DNA of 64,000 bases. Source: an uncultured Gammaproteobacteria bacterium (lineage in GTDB: Bacteria > Patescibacteriota > Microgenomatia > Daviesbacterales > UBA10151). The position numbers and the translations under genes were made by a program. Each line of letters opens with the position of its first letter. Positions within the stretch are counted from its first letter, which is position 1. The stretch spans positions 21,543 through 85,542 of the forward strand of contig CAYQAW010000004.1 of assembly GCA_964415615.1 (NCBI GenBank). The letters are read 5' to 3'. The notes beneath the pieces were generated by a model. The model was not told the DNA's origin and did not search any database. It worked only from the letters and a program-made list of their open reading frames with translations. Positions 1-9,157 of the stretch are shown piece after piece.

Positions 1-5
1 GTAAT

Positions 6-1130
6 TCATTTAAAATTACTTAAAAGGGTATTAACTATTATCTGTGATGGAGGAGTCTTAAGAACAATTCTTTTACTTTCCTTGCTTTTATATTTTGCTA
101 GGAAGTCTTTGACGATTTTCGGATCATCCTTGGCAAGGACAGCATTAGTATATAATCCCTCAATCTGTTCAGTGTATTTTCTAAGCAGGATGCAGGGTTT
201 TCCAAGGTAATATGCTTCTTGTTGATTGCCTCCTCCGTCAGTAGCTATAAATTCGCTCTTTGATAAAATCTTCATAAACTCTGCATAAGGAATTTTAGGA
301 ATAGTTATGATATTCGGATTCTCTTTTATCTGCTTTAATAAATTTTGATTTTTTAGAAATGTTTCTGTTACTGGGTGTAAAACAAAGACACATTTGAAAT
401 CAGGGCTGCATTTAGACAGAAGTAGGTCTATATACTTTTTGGTAAGATCTTTTTTAAACAGCATATGTTCTTGTCTATGTAAAACTAATAAAAAGAATTT
501 GGATTTGCTAACTCTGTTTAAGTATTTATTATCGGATTTCATTTTTAAGGCATTCATACAGATTTCGTAAACTGTATTTTGTCCAGTGCTAACTTTAATA
601 CCCTTATTTCTCTTAATATTATTTAAGCACCAATCATTTGGACAAAAATGGATATCAGAGAGTTGAGAAACTAAATACCTGGATAATTCTTCAGGAAATG
701 GTTCAAAAAAATTAAAAGATCTATATCCAGACTCAATATGAATTAATTTAAGGCCATAAATTTTGGCACTAATTGCTCCCAAAAAAGTAGAGACAGTATC
801 ACCAAGCACGATGAATAAAGAATTCTTTTTATCTATATTCCTAAATTCGTTCTTGAAGTAAACAAAATTATTTACAAATGTTTTTGCACTCCATGTAATA
901 AATCTAAAATAAATGTTAAGCGGAAACTTTATTGTTTTTAATTTTAGAGCATTGTAAGCTTGTTGCTTTCCGATGAAGGGTTCCAACGATTTAAAGTTTA
1001 CATAATCTTGTCCAGAGGTAATTATTTTGAAACTAATTTTCCGCCTTTTTAGTTCTTTTATAACATATGCAATTTTGATTAGTTCTGCTGTAGTACCAAT
1101 GTAAAAATATATCGTTTTCGCTTTTGCCAT
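6..1130 (-). CDS. wecB: UDP-N-acetylglucosamine 2-epimerase family protein (divergent WecB-like)
   Basis: Motifs GTTAELIK (cf. GTRPEAIK), LGDT, HIESGYRS, PFPEE, LHR and TDGGGNQQEA..LGKPCILLR. Confidence 0.82.
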   Translation of the reverse strand: MAKAKTIYFYIGTTAELIKIAYVIKELKRRKISFKIITSGQDYVNFKSLEPFIGKQQAYNALKLKTIKFPLNIYFRFITWSAKTFVNNFVYFKNEFRNIDKKNSLFIVLGDTVSTFLGAISAKIYGLKLIHIESGYRSFNFFEPFPEELSRYLVSQLSDIHFCPNDWCLNNIKRNKGIKVSTGQNTVYEICMNALKMKSDNKYLNRVSKSKFFLLVLHRQEHMLFKKDLTKKYIDLLLSKCSPDFKCVFVLHPVTETFLKNQNLLKQIKENPNIITIPKIPYAEFMKILSKSEFIATDGGGNQQEAYYLGKPCILLRKYTEQIEGLYTNAVLAKDDPKIVKDFLAKYKSKESKRIVLKTPPSQIIVNTLLSNFK

Positions 1131-1197
1131 ATATGTTAAATGATGTAATTATTTATAATTTCCGAAATGGACTTTATTGATTCTATCATTTCTGGAT

Positions 1198-1249
1198 AAT
1201 CTAACTCAATGGTCAGTACTTGACAAGTGTTCCTTTGATTTGGGATATT
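1198..1249. promoter_or_regulatory. Candidate divergent sigma70 promoters sharing a palindromic -35 region
   Basis: ACTTG-A-CAAGT at 1218-1228 gives TTGACA on + (1220-1225) and TTGTCA on - (1226-1221). The - strand has TAGATT exactly 17 nt downstream (1203-1198); the + strand -10 is weak (GATATT 1244-1249). Confidence 0.35.
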
Positions 1250-1284
1250 AAATAAAATTATTTTCTTTTTCTAATTTATAGCTG

Positions 1285-2268
1285 ATGAAATTTTATAAAC
1301 AAAGAATCATGGTTATTGGAGGGGCTGGTTTTATCGGAAGCCATCTTGTTGATACTCTAATCGACGAAAAACCTGAGGGAATCTATGTTGTGGATAACTT
1401 ATTTCTTGGTAACAAAGAAAATCTAGCAGGGGCTTTCCGCCGTTACCCCAAACTTAAATTCCATAAACTTGATGCGACCGATGGTAAAAGTATGCGCCGT
1501 TTAATTAGGAAGGAAAAAATCGGAATTATATTTAATCTAGCAACTAAACCGATTGGCTACTCTTTTGTGGATCCCACTGATGCATGTTTAGTAAATGTCC
1601 AGATTATTAGCCATCTATTAGAATCACTTAGGTATGGCGAGATCCAGCATTTAATTCATTTCTCTACTTCTGAAGTCTATGGCAGTGCTTTACATACTCA
1701 TATGAGAGAAGATCATCCACTAAATCCTCATACTACCTATGCAGCTGGTAAGGCTGCAGCTGATCTATTAATACGTTCATACCAACAAAGCTTTGGTACG
1801 CGTGTATTAATTATTCGCCCTTTCAATAACTATGGTCCTCGCCAGAATGAGGGTCTATATGCTGCTGTGATACCAATCACTATGAAGAAGTTGCTTGCAG
1901 GAGAGCCTCCTGTAATTGCCGATAATGGGTTGCAGACTAGAGATTTTATTTTTGTTAAAGATACAGTAAGGATAACACTAGCTCTTACTAAGAGGGATGA
2001 GCTCTACGGAAAAGCAATTAATGTTGCGACAGGCAGGGAGACGTCAATCCGCAAGATTATCTATAATCTTTGCAAACTTAGTGGTTTTGATATTAATCAG
2101 ATCAAGAAAGGACCGATGCGCCCGGGTGATGTAAGTCGCCACTGTGCTGATATAAATCTTTTGCGTTCGCTTGAAGATAGGTTGGTGTTTAAGGATATTG
2201 AAGAAGGCCTGGCTGAGACTTGGCAGTGGTATATTAACTTAAGGAATCTTACTAATAGCAGATTTTAA
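1285..2268 (+). CDS. NAD-dependent nucleotide-sugar epimerase/dehydratase (extended SDR)
   Basis: GGAGFIGSHL, STSEVYG, YAAGK (YxxxK), RPFNNYGPRQ, TRDFIFV. Confidence 0.9.
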   Translation: MKFYKQRIMVIGGAGFIGSHLVDTLIDEKPEGIYVVDNLFLGNKENLAGAFRRYPKLKFHKLDATDGKSMRRLIRKEKIGIIFNLATKPIGYSFVDPTDACLVNVQIISHLLESLRYGEIQHLIHFSTSEVYGSALHTHMREDHPLNPHTTYAAGKAAADLLIRSYQQSFGTRVLIIRPFNNYGPRQNEGLYAAVIPITMKKLLAGEPPVIADNGLQTRDFIFVKDTVRITLALTKRDELYGKAINVATGRETSIRKIIYNLCKLSGFDINQIKKGPMRPGDVSRHCADINLLRSLEDRLVFKDIEEGLAETWQWYINLRNLTNSRF

Positions 2269-3411
2269 AATATTATTTACATCAAATTCCTGAGAAAGTT
2301 TAACGGCGGCTTTTTTATATAACGAATACCGTTTTTTATTGCTTAGTAAGTAAGTAATTGCATCTGCCAAAGCTTTTTCAGAATAATCTATTATCAGTCC
2401 GGAACCTGTTTTTGATATCAAATTGGACATAGTGGTCATATCCGTTGTGATAACAGGTAAGCCACAGCACATATAGAGTTTAATTTTACTGGGATCTGAA
2501 TAATAACTAAAGCTTTCGGGAATAGGTTTATAAGGAGCAAGTCCAATACTTTTTGTGGCAAGTATTTCTGTCAAATCATAAAAATTTGCGATATATCCTT
2601 TAAAATCTACATATTTATTTAGTTTCAGTTTCTTAATCAAATCTTGCAGCTTATCACTATCTTTTCCGGAACCTATGACGGTTAACCTTATTTTTGGGTA
2701 TTTTTTAATCAGTAACTTCATGGTTTTGATAGCTAATTCCGGTCCTGTGGATTCTCTAAGTGCACCCGCATAAATAATATTGTGAAAAGCTATCTTTGTA
2801 GCAGGATAAGTATTGATTTTTTTATTGTCATAGCCAATTGGGACTATATCAACGAGGTTGCTGTTTGCCTGAGTAATACCGAAAACATCTCTTTTCTCAA
2901 ACTGTTCTTTGGTCATGACCCAGGCAGAATCTGAATATTTAAAACCTGATTTATCCATAAAATGGTAGATTTTGTCTAAAAAGATACTAGAAAAACGCTT
3001 AGGGACAAAATCTATGGAATAATAGACCAATCTTCTGACTAATTTTAAAAATCTCAAAGGATAAGTTGAAATGAAGGATAAATTCTCCATAGCAATACAT
3101 AAGTCAAAATTAACTCCTGTTTTGAAAATGAGTAGATAATAAAGAAGGAGTATATGATAAAGAAATTGCAGCCATGCCGGTCCTTTTAGTACGTAAAATC
3201 TAGAGTTTTGAATCTTTTTTCCATTATTAAAGATAGTCATATAAGTGTACCTATGGTTATATTCAGGAAACGGTTGAGCTATAAGAACAACTTTTTTTAC
3301 CTTATCCTTAAAGTAATTTGCTAACCTGGAATCAGTGTCCTCATTTTGTTCTGTTCTGTAATTAAAATGCGCTAAAATTAATATTTTAGTTTTATTTTTG
3401 ATAAGTTCCAT
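2239..3411 (-). CDS. Glycosyltransferase family 4 (GT-B)
   Basis: C-terminal GT-B motifs IIYAG, VIGSG, DPSKIKLYMCCGLPVITT. Start placed at ATG 3411 (MELIK) because the longer ORF overlaps divergent nadE. Confidence 0.85.
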   Translation of the reverse strand: MELIKNKTKILILAHFNYRTEQNEDTDSRLANYFKDKVKKVVLIAQPFPEYNHRYTYMTIFNNGKKIQNSRFYVLKGPAWLQFLYHILLLYYLLIFKTGVNFDLCIAMENLSFISTYPLRFLKLVRRLVYYSIDFVPKRFSSIFLDKIYHFMDKSGFKYSDSAWVMTKEQFEKRDVFGITQANSNLVDIVPIGYDNKKINTYPATKIAFHNIIYAGALRESTGPELAIKTMKLLIKKYPKIRLTVIGSGKDSDKLQDLIKKLKLNKYVDFKGYIANFYDLTEILATKSIGLAPYKPIPESFSYYSDPSKIKLYMCCGLPVITTDMTTMSNLISKTGSGLIIDYSEKALADAITYLLSNKKRYSLYKKAAVKLSQEFDVNNILKSAISKIP

Positions 3412-3469
3412 GAAGTATTGTTTTGGTGATAGAAATATAGTGTATAATTGGTATTTATTCAAGCACTTT

Positions 3470-5131
3470 ATGTTTAAGCAAACAATTAGATTGGCGATTG
3501 CCCAGATTTCAACAGATCCAGGACAAATTCCCCAAAATACACAAAAAATTATTGAGTATATAGACAAAGCAAAAAGAGCTGGTGCAGAAATAATAGTTTT
3601 TCCAGAACTTGCAATTCCAGGATATATGTCGTTAGACCTAATATTATCTAAAGATTTTGTTCAAGATAATTTAAGAGCGTTAGATAAGATAAAACAAAAT
3701 ACAAAGGATATTTTGGTGGTTGTGGGATTTATAGATCAAGATAAGACACAAATTGGGACTGATGGAGATTTGAAAAGATACAACTCTGCAGCGATTATAT
3801 TTAATGGGGAGCTTAAGATGGCGCAAGATAAGACATTATTACCTAATTATGATGTATTCTTTGAAAACCGGTATTTTGCTCAGGGAAGAGAGAAAAAGCT
3901 CATTGATTTTAGAGGGTTAAAGCTAGGTATCCAAATTTGTGAAGACCTTTGGGATGAAAACTATCCAGTTAAGATATCAGAGGATCTTACAAAAAAGGGA
4001 GCTGATATTTTGATAAATATCTCCTGTTCGCCTTTTTATCTGGGAAAGAGGGTAGATAGAGAAAGACTCATTAAGAAGGTTAGCGTTAGCTTTAAGACAC
4101 CTTTTATCTATGTAAATTGTATTGGTGTACAGGATGGCTATGATGGAGAATTAATATTTGATGGTGAGAGTATAGTTTGCGATTATCAGGGAAAGTTAAT
4201 TAGTTTAGGTAAAAAATTTGAAGAACAGCTTTTATATATTAATTCTAATGACTTATTTAATGAGTACAATCAGGCGGAGCAAACAGATTCTCTTACTCCA
4301 AGCGAAGAATTATTTAGTGCATTAGTGTTGGGCATTAGAGATTATTTCAGAAGAACTGAATTTACAAAAGCTTTTATTGGATTATCAGGTGGGATAGATT
4401 CAGCTGTAACAGCTGTTTTAGCTGTTAACGCATTAGGGGTTAAAAACGTGGTGGGTATTTATATGCCTTCGGTTTTCTCCAGCAAGGATAGCGAAAGGGA
4501 TTGCAGGCTTCTTGCTAAAAATTTAGGAATAAAACTAGAGGAAATACCGATAAATGATATATATAATCAAACTTTGACTACGTTAAGCAAGAAGTTTGAC
4601 AAATTACCATTTGATACTACAGAAGAAAATATTCAAGCTAGGATAAGAGGGATGGTTCTGATGGCACATGCCAATAAGTTTAACGGATTGGTCATAATCA
4701 CTGCCAATAAGACTGAGACTGCTTTGGGCTATACAACTTTATATGGAGATATGTGCGGAGCAATCGCTCCTATCTCTGATGTTAGTAAGATAAAGGTTTA
4801 TGAACTGGCAAACCTTATAAATGAAACAAGTAAAAAAGAGATCATCCCCCAAACAACTATTGATAGAAATCCAACTGCTGAGCTTAGGCCTAACCAAACA
4901 GATGAGGAATCTTTAGGAGGGTCTTACAAGTTAATTTCCCCTTTAGTTGATGAAATTATTGAAGAGAGAAAAACCATATTGGAGCTTGAAAAGCGGTATC
5001 CCAGAAAACTTGTTACGAAGGTAGTTAACTTAATTAATAAAAGTGAATATAAACGTAGACAAGCTGCTCCTGGCATTAAGACTACTAAGAAATCATTTGG
5101 TATTGGTAGAAGAATCCCCATTTCCTATTAG
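3470..5131 (+). CDS. nadE: Glutamine-dependent NAD+ synthetase
   Basis: Nitrilase-like domain with E-K-C triad (FPEL, DKTLLPNY, ICEDLW) plus synthetase domain (GLSGGIDS, ENIQARIRG, NKTE..GYTTLYGD, EYKRRQ). Start at ATG 3470, with TATAAT at 3443-3448. Confidence 0.95.
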   Translation: MFKQTIRLAIAQISTDPGQIPQNTQKIIEYIDKAKRAGAEIIVFPELAIPGYMSLDLILSKDFVQDNLRALDKIKQNTKDILVVVGFIDQDKTQIGTDGDLKRYNSAAIIFNGELKMAQDKTLLPNYDVFFENRYFAQGREKKLIDFRGLKLGIQICEDLWDENYPVKISEDLTKKGADILINISCSPFYLGKRVDRERLIKKVSVSFKTPFIYVNCIGVQDGYDGELIFDGESIVCDYQGKLISLGKKFEEQLLYINSNDLFNEYNQAEQTDSLTPSEELFSALVLGIRDYFRRTEFTKAFIGLSGGIDSAVTAVLAVNALGVKNVVGIYMPSVFSSKDSERDCRLLAKNLGIKLEEIPINDIYNQTLTTLSKKFDKLPFDTTEENIQARIRGMVLMAHANKFNGLVIITANKTETALGYTTLYGDMCGAIAPISDVSKIKVYELANLINETSKKEIIPQTTIDRNPTAELRPNQTDEESLGGSYKLISPLVDEIIEERKTILELEKRYPRKLVTKVVNLINKSEYKRRQAAPGIKTTKKSFGIGRRIPISY

Positions 5132-5211
5132 TACAAATTGCCTCAATAGATTAACTGCTATTGAAATTAGGATCATTACCAATTAAACTTTAAAAAGTCT
5201 AAAAATAAATT

Positions 5212-6519
5212 ATGAAAATTTCGGTAATTGGATTAGGCAAGCTAGGGCTGCCTTTGGCAACAACAATTGCTTCTAAAGGATTTCAAGTTATCGGAGTTGA
5301 TATCAATAAAAAGGTTATTGAAGATGTTAATAATGGGTGTACTAGTTTACAAGAGCCGAATCTGCTAGCTCTTATTAAAAAATATAAGTATAACCTTTCC
5401 GCAACTTTTGATGTCAAAGAGGCTGTTTTAGAGACAGAAATTACTTTTATTATAACTCCCACTCCAAGCCAAAAGAATGGTTATTTCTCATTAAAATACG
5501 TAAATGATGCAGCAAGGGAAGTAGCAAGCGCCTTGAAGGTAAAGCAGGGGTATCATCTGGTGGTGGTGGTAAGTACTGTTATGCCTGAGTCCACCGAGAA
5601 AATAAAAACTATACTGGAAAAAGATTCTGGAAAGAAATGTATAGAAGACTTTGGGTTGTGCTACAACCCTGAATTTATTGCTCTTGGTTCTGTAATTTAC
5701 AACCTCTTAAACCCAGATTTTATTTTAATTGGAGAATCAGACAAAAAAGCAGGAGATATTTTGCAAAAGTTTTATGAAAAATATTGTGACAACGAACCTG
5801 CTATTGCAAGAATGAATTTTGTGAATGCTGAACTGGCAAAGATTTCTGTAAATACATATGTTACTACCAAGATTTCCTATGCTAACATGCTTTCTGGGAT
5901 TTGTGAAAAGCTACCTGGAGGAGATGTAGATGTTGTGACTCAAGCAATTGGATTGGATTCGAGGATAGGAAAAAAATACTTAAAGGGGGGCACAGCGTTT
6001 GGAGGACCTTGTTTTCCGCGTGATAATATTGCTTTTGTCAGTTTATCGAGAAACCTTAGGGTTGCATCTTATCTTGCGAAGGCAACACACAGAATGAATC
6101 TAAGACAAATAGACCGATTGACAGAGATTGTATTGCAGTATAAAGATGATAATTCAACAGTAGGCATTTTGGGTTTATCTTATAAACCTTTCACAGATGT
6201 GATAGAAGAGTCGCCTGGATTTCTATTAGCACAGCAACTAATTAAAAAAAATATAACTGTTTGCCTCTGGGATCCTTTAGCTTTGGATAATGCGGAAAGG
6301 TCTTTAGGTAAAAGTGCTCGGTATGCAGGCAGTGTTAAAGAATGTATAGAAAATTCGCAGGTATTAGTAATAACTACTGAATGGTCGGAATATAAAAATA
6401 TCAATAGCAGTTGGTTTGAAGGGAAGCCGAAGGTAATAATCGATCCTTGGAGAATACTTAGCTCAAAGCAATTAACAGAAAAAGTAAAGTATCTTCCCTT
6501 AGGAACAAATAGCGGCTAG
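5212..6519 (+). CDS. UDP-glucose/GDP-mannose dehydrogenase family protein
   Basis: GLGKLG, STVMP, YNPEF, AELAK, DSRIG, FGGPCFPRD (catalytic Cys), GLSYKP..D...ESP. Confidence 0.92.
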   Translation: MKISVIGLGKLGLPLATTIASKGFQVIGVDINKKVIEDVNNGCTSLQEPNLLALIKKYKYNLSATFDVKEAVLETEITFIITPTPSQKNGYFSLKYVNDAAREVASALKVKQGYHLVVVVSTVMPESTEKIKTILEKDSGKKCIEDFGLCYNPEFIALGSVIYNLLNPDFILIGESDKKAGDILQKFYEKYCDNEPAIARMNFVNAELAKISVNTYVTTKISYANMLSGICEKLPGGDVDVVTQAIGLDSRIGKKYLKGGTAFGGPCFPRDNIAFVSLSRNLRVASYLAKATHRMNLRQIDRLTEIVLQYKDDNSTVGILGLSYKPFTDVIEESPGFLLAQQLIKKNITVCLWDPLALDNAERSLGKSARYAGSVKECIENSQVLVITTEWSEYKNINSSWFEGKPKVIIDPWRILSSKQLTEKVKYLPLGTNSG

Positions 6520-7664
6520 CGAGCAATCATCTTTTGATATATACCCAGTCTTTCCATGATAGCAACTGTTCGAAACATTACTTGATTAACTATAGGAACT
6601 TTGTAAAATGTACGGGCTATCAGCCGCATTGTTCGTCGTACTATCATATCCGGGATGAATCCTTTAGATGGATTGTATCTTGAAGGGGTATAGCCATACC
6701 TCCAGGCTAAAGTAGTAAACGAGGAATAAGGGTTGAATCTGATTATAAATCCTGCATCTCTTGTGCGGAAGCTAAAGTCTACATCCTCCAGGTTTACCCA
6801 ATATCTAGTTTCATCTAACAACACCTTTTCAAACATACTCTTTTTAATAATGACCATCTGTCCGGACAAATACATATAATAATCCCATTCTTTATAGTCT
6901 AAGGTAGCTATTTTATAAAGTTTATGGATCGGTCCACCAAAAGTTACCCAATCACCAGCTCTTGCACCAGTTTTCTCTTCTTGAATACAGCCTAATATTT
7001 CAAAAGCATTTCCATATTTTTTCATTCCTTTATACCAGTTGGAGTTGAAAATAAGGCGGTCGTGAATTAAACATAGGTTTTCAAACTGGGCTTTCTCAGC
7101 GATCAAGTTTTTCTTTTTTGTGATCCAGCCTTGATCCGATCTTTCGTTAAAATCTATATAAACGAAATTCTTCTCGGGCCGCTTTCTATATTTACCGCAC
7201 ACTATAATTTCATATTGAGGAATTTTCTGTTTCTTTATAGAAGTAATTATTGATTCTAGCCAATCATCACGTTGTCCGTTGGTGATAATCCCAAAAGACC
7301 ATTTGTTTATACTATCGTTAGGTAAAAAGATAGCTTTCTTCTTTTGAATTATCAGCTGACTTTTTTCTGCCTGGGTATGTTTTAAAATATTGTAATTTCC
7401 CTTAAATAGCCACCAAAAAAGATTTTCCATGGACTGAAAATTAATTTCCTTAGTCGGCTTATATTCAATTATAAGATAGCCTTTGGGCTTTAAAATAAAA
7501 AAAGCTTCCTTAAGAAGGATAGGGGCATACTGACTTTTTTTAAGAAAATTTGTTAGATAAACAAAGTCTAAGATTTCTTGTTTATATTTTGGGTTTAAGC
7601 GGAAAAGATTATCTATTTTTTCGGGGTGTAGTTTTAAACCTTTACCTTTTAGAAATTTTTTCAT
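6516..7664 (-). CDS. GT-A-type glycosyltransferase-like protein with an N-terminal methyltransferase-like fragment
   Basis: WSFGIIT..SIKKQKIPQYEIIVCG, WITKKKN, IHDR, LDE..EDVDFS.R in the C-terminal part; LLKEAFFILKPKGYLII in the N-terminal part. Confidence 0.6.
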   Translation of the reverse strand: MKKFLKGKGLKLHPEKIDNLFRLNPKYKQEILDFVYLTNFLKKSQYAPILLKEAFFILKPKGYLIIEYKPTKEINFQSMENLFWWLFKGNYNILKHTQAEKSQLIIQKKKAIFLPNDSINKWSFGIITNGQRDDWLESIITSIKKQKIPQYEIIVCGKYRKRPEKNFVYIDFNERSDQGWITKKKNLIAEKAQFENLCLIHDRLIFNSNWYKGMKKYGNAFEILGCIQEEKTGARAGDWVTFGGPIHKLYKIATLDYKEWDYYMYLSGQMVIIKKSMFEKVLLDETRYWVNLEDVDFSFRTRDAGFIIRFNPYSSFTTLAWRYGYTPSRYNPSKGFIPDMIVRRTMRLIARTFYKVPIVNQVMFRTVAIMERLGIYQKMIAR

Positions 7665-7682
7665 GGAGTTATTCTACATTAA

Positions 7683-8528
7683 TCAGATCAATATTTGAAG
7701 CTCTGTTGGATAATCTGTACAGATGCCATCAGCAGTTCCCCAGTCAATAATCATTTGCCAAAGGGATTTTAATTTTGCCAGCTCTTTGGCCATTGGGTGG
7801 TGTTCATGATAATGTAGTTCAGGCGAGATGACATCAATTCTTCCGGGATATGCTGATTTAAATTTTTTAAACGTTTCTTCATTATAAATAGAACCGGGTA
7901 TTTTCCATTCATCTGCCCAGACCGAATTATATACTGAAGTGAATTCTCGTCTGAGAGCCTGGGTAGGGGTATAAATAGTAGGAGCATAGTTTTTTTCACC
8001 TACAGAGACTGAGAGATTAAGCCAGGGAAACTCTTGATGGAGTATTTTAGCTTCTTCTAAGGTTGCATCAAAGACAATGCAATTTTGAAGACTGTTTCGT
8101 TCAATGCCTCTGGCAATGGCTTGGCCCACTTTGACACCGCTTGCAGAATTACTTCCTCGCTTGACTTGGAAGGCAATAAAGGGAGGTTGTGCGGTATGGG
8201 AGTTAATTTTGGCAAGTTGGAAAAGTTCGTCAAGCGTGGGAATACTAAATTTGGGATTAGATATATATCTTATTACTTTAATCTGAGAAATTCCCGTTTG
8301 ATCTATGACTGTTGAGATATTTGAAAAGCGAACTACATCACTGTCATGTATGACTACAAAGTTGTTATCGCCAGTAAGCCTAACGTCAGTCTCGATCCCC
8401 CAGTCCTTTTTAAAGGCTCGTTCAAAGGCTTCTAAAGTATTTTCAGGAATTTGGTATTGTGGTATGGTGGGAATGGGACCTTCTGGCAAAAACCCTCCTC
8501 GGTGAGAAATAACTTTAGTTTTCTTCAT
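7683..8528 (-). CDS. Glycerophosphodiester phosphodiesterase (GDPD family)
   Basis: SHRG, PENTLEAF, IETDVRLT.D...VVIHD, IPTLDE, DGICTDYP. ATG 8528 lies 7 nt after TGcTATTAT. Confidence 0.9.
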   Translation of the reverse strand: MKKTKVISHRGGFLPEGPIPTIPQYQIPENTLEAFERAFKKDWGIETDVRLTGDNNFVVIHDSDVVRFSNISTVIDQTGISQIKVIRYISNPKFSIPTLDELFQLAKINSHTAQPPFIAFQVKRGSNSASGVKVGQAIARGIERNSLQNCIVFDATLEEAKILHQEFPWLNLSVSVGEKNYAPTIYTPTQALRREFTSVYNSVWADEWKIPGSIYNEETFKKFKSAYPGRIDVISPELHYHEHHPMAKELAKLKSLWQMIIDWGTADGICTDYPTELQILI

Positions 8529-8618
8529 CAACTGGATAATAGCATCCGGATTAATCTAAGACAATATATAGTTGATAATTAAGGATTTCTAATCTAAACT
8601 TAACAACTGAGATCAGTT

Positions 8619-9125
8619 ATGCAAAAAGTTGAACATCTAATATTTAATAATGGTACCCCAAGGAAAAATAAAATTATTCTTGGCTTGTTACTTTTGCGTT
8701 TTCCGCTATTTATTCCGTTAGTTAAATTTCTAATTAAGAGGAGTTTAAGGCATTGCAAAGATATAGATTTCTTACCGAGATTTGTTTATTACTTAGGAAA
8801 TATATATGCTGAAAAAGTACATTTTGGAGATGGCCTTTTTATGGATTATGCACCTATCTATATTGGAAAAGGATCTAGTTTTGGTTGGCAGTGCATGGTA
8901 GCCACTGGCTACCATGACCCAAAAGACTATAAAGTAGTTCATGCGAAATCCGTAATAATAGGAGAGAATGTGCAAATAAATTCCAGAACTATTATTTTAG
9001 GTGGAGTGAGAATTGGAAATAGGGCAGTTATAGGAGCAGGCAGCGTGGTAACAAAAGATGTCCCAGCAAACTGTTTTGCAGCCGGAAATCCAGCCAAAGT
9101 GATTAAACATCTTGCGAAAAGTTGA
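8619..9125 (+). CDS. Hexapeptide-repeat (LbH) sugar O-acyltransferase
   Basis: VIIGENVQI...ILGGVRIGNRAVIGAGSVVTKDVP...AGNPAKVI. Confidence 0.88.
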   Translation: MQKVEHLIFNNGTPRKNKIILGLLLLRFPLFIPLVKFLIKRSLRHCKDIDFLPRFVYYLGNIYAEKVHFGDGLFMDYAPIYIGKGSSFGWQCMVATGYHDPKDYKVVHAKSVIIGENVQINSRTIILGGVRIGNRAVIGAGSVVTKDVPANCFAAGNPAKVIKHLAKS

Positions 9126-9150
9126 ACCACTACTATGTTTGTGTTAAGAT
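9122..9150 (+). promoter_or_regulatory. Sigma70 promoter of the IMPase gene (probably leaderless mRNA)
   Basis: TTGAAC (9122-9127), 17-nt spacer, extended -10 TGtTAAGAT (9142-9150), ATG 7 nt later at 9158. Confidence 0.65.
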
Positions 9151-9157
9151 CCAGCGC

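Noticed and set aside
3398-3567. Apparent 170-bp head-to-head overlap of the GT4 and nadE ORFs in the track
   Set aside because: Artefact of upstream TTG starts; family-consistent ATGs at 3411 (-) and 3470 (+) leave a 58-bp promoter gap.
5212-6519. Calling this dehydrogenase WecC (UDP-ManNAc dehydrogenase) because a wecB-like gene is nearby
   Set aside because: The active-site string FGGPCFPRD and DSRIG resemble the UGD branch rather than WecC (VGGHCI..DP); the substrate is left unassigned.
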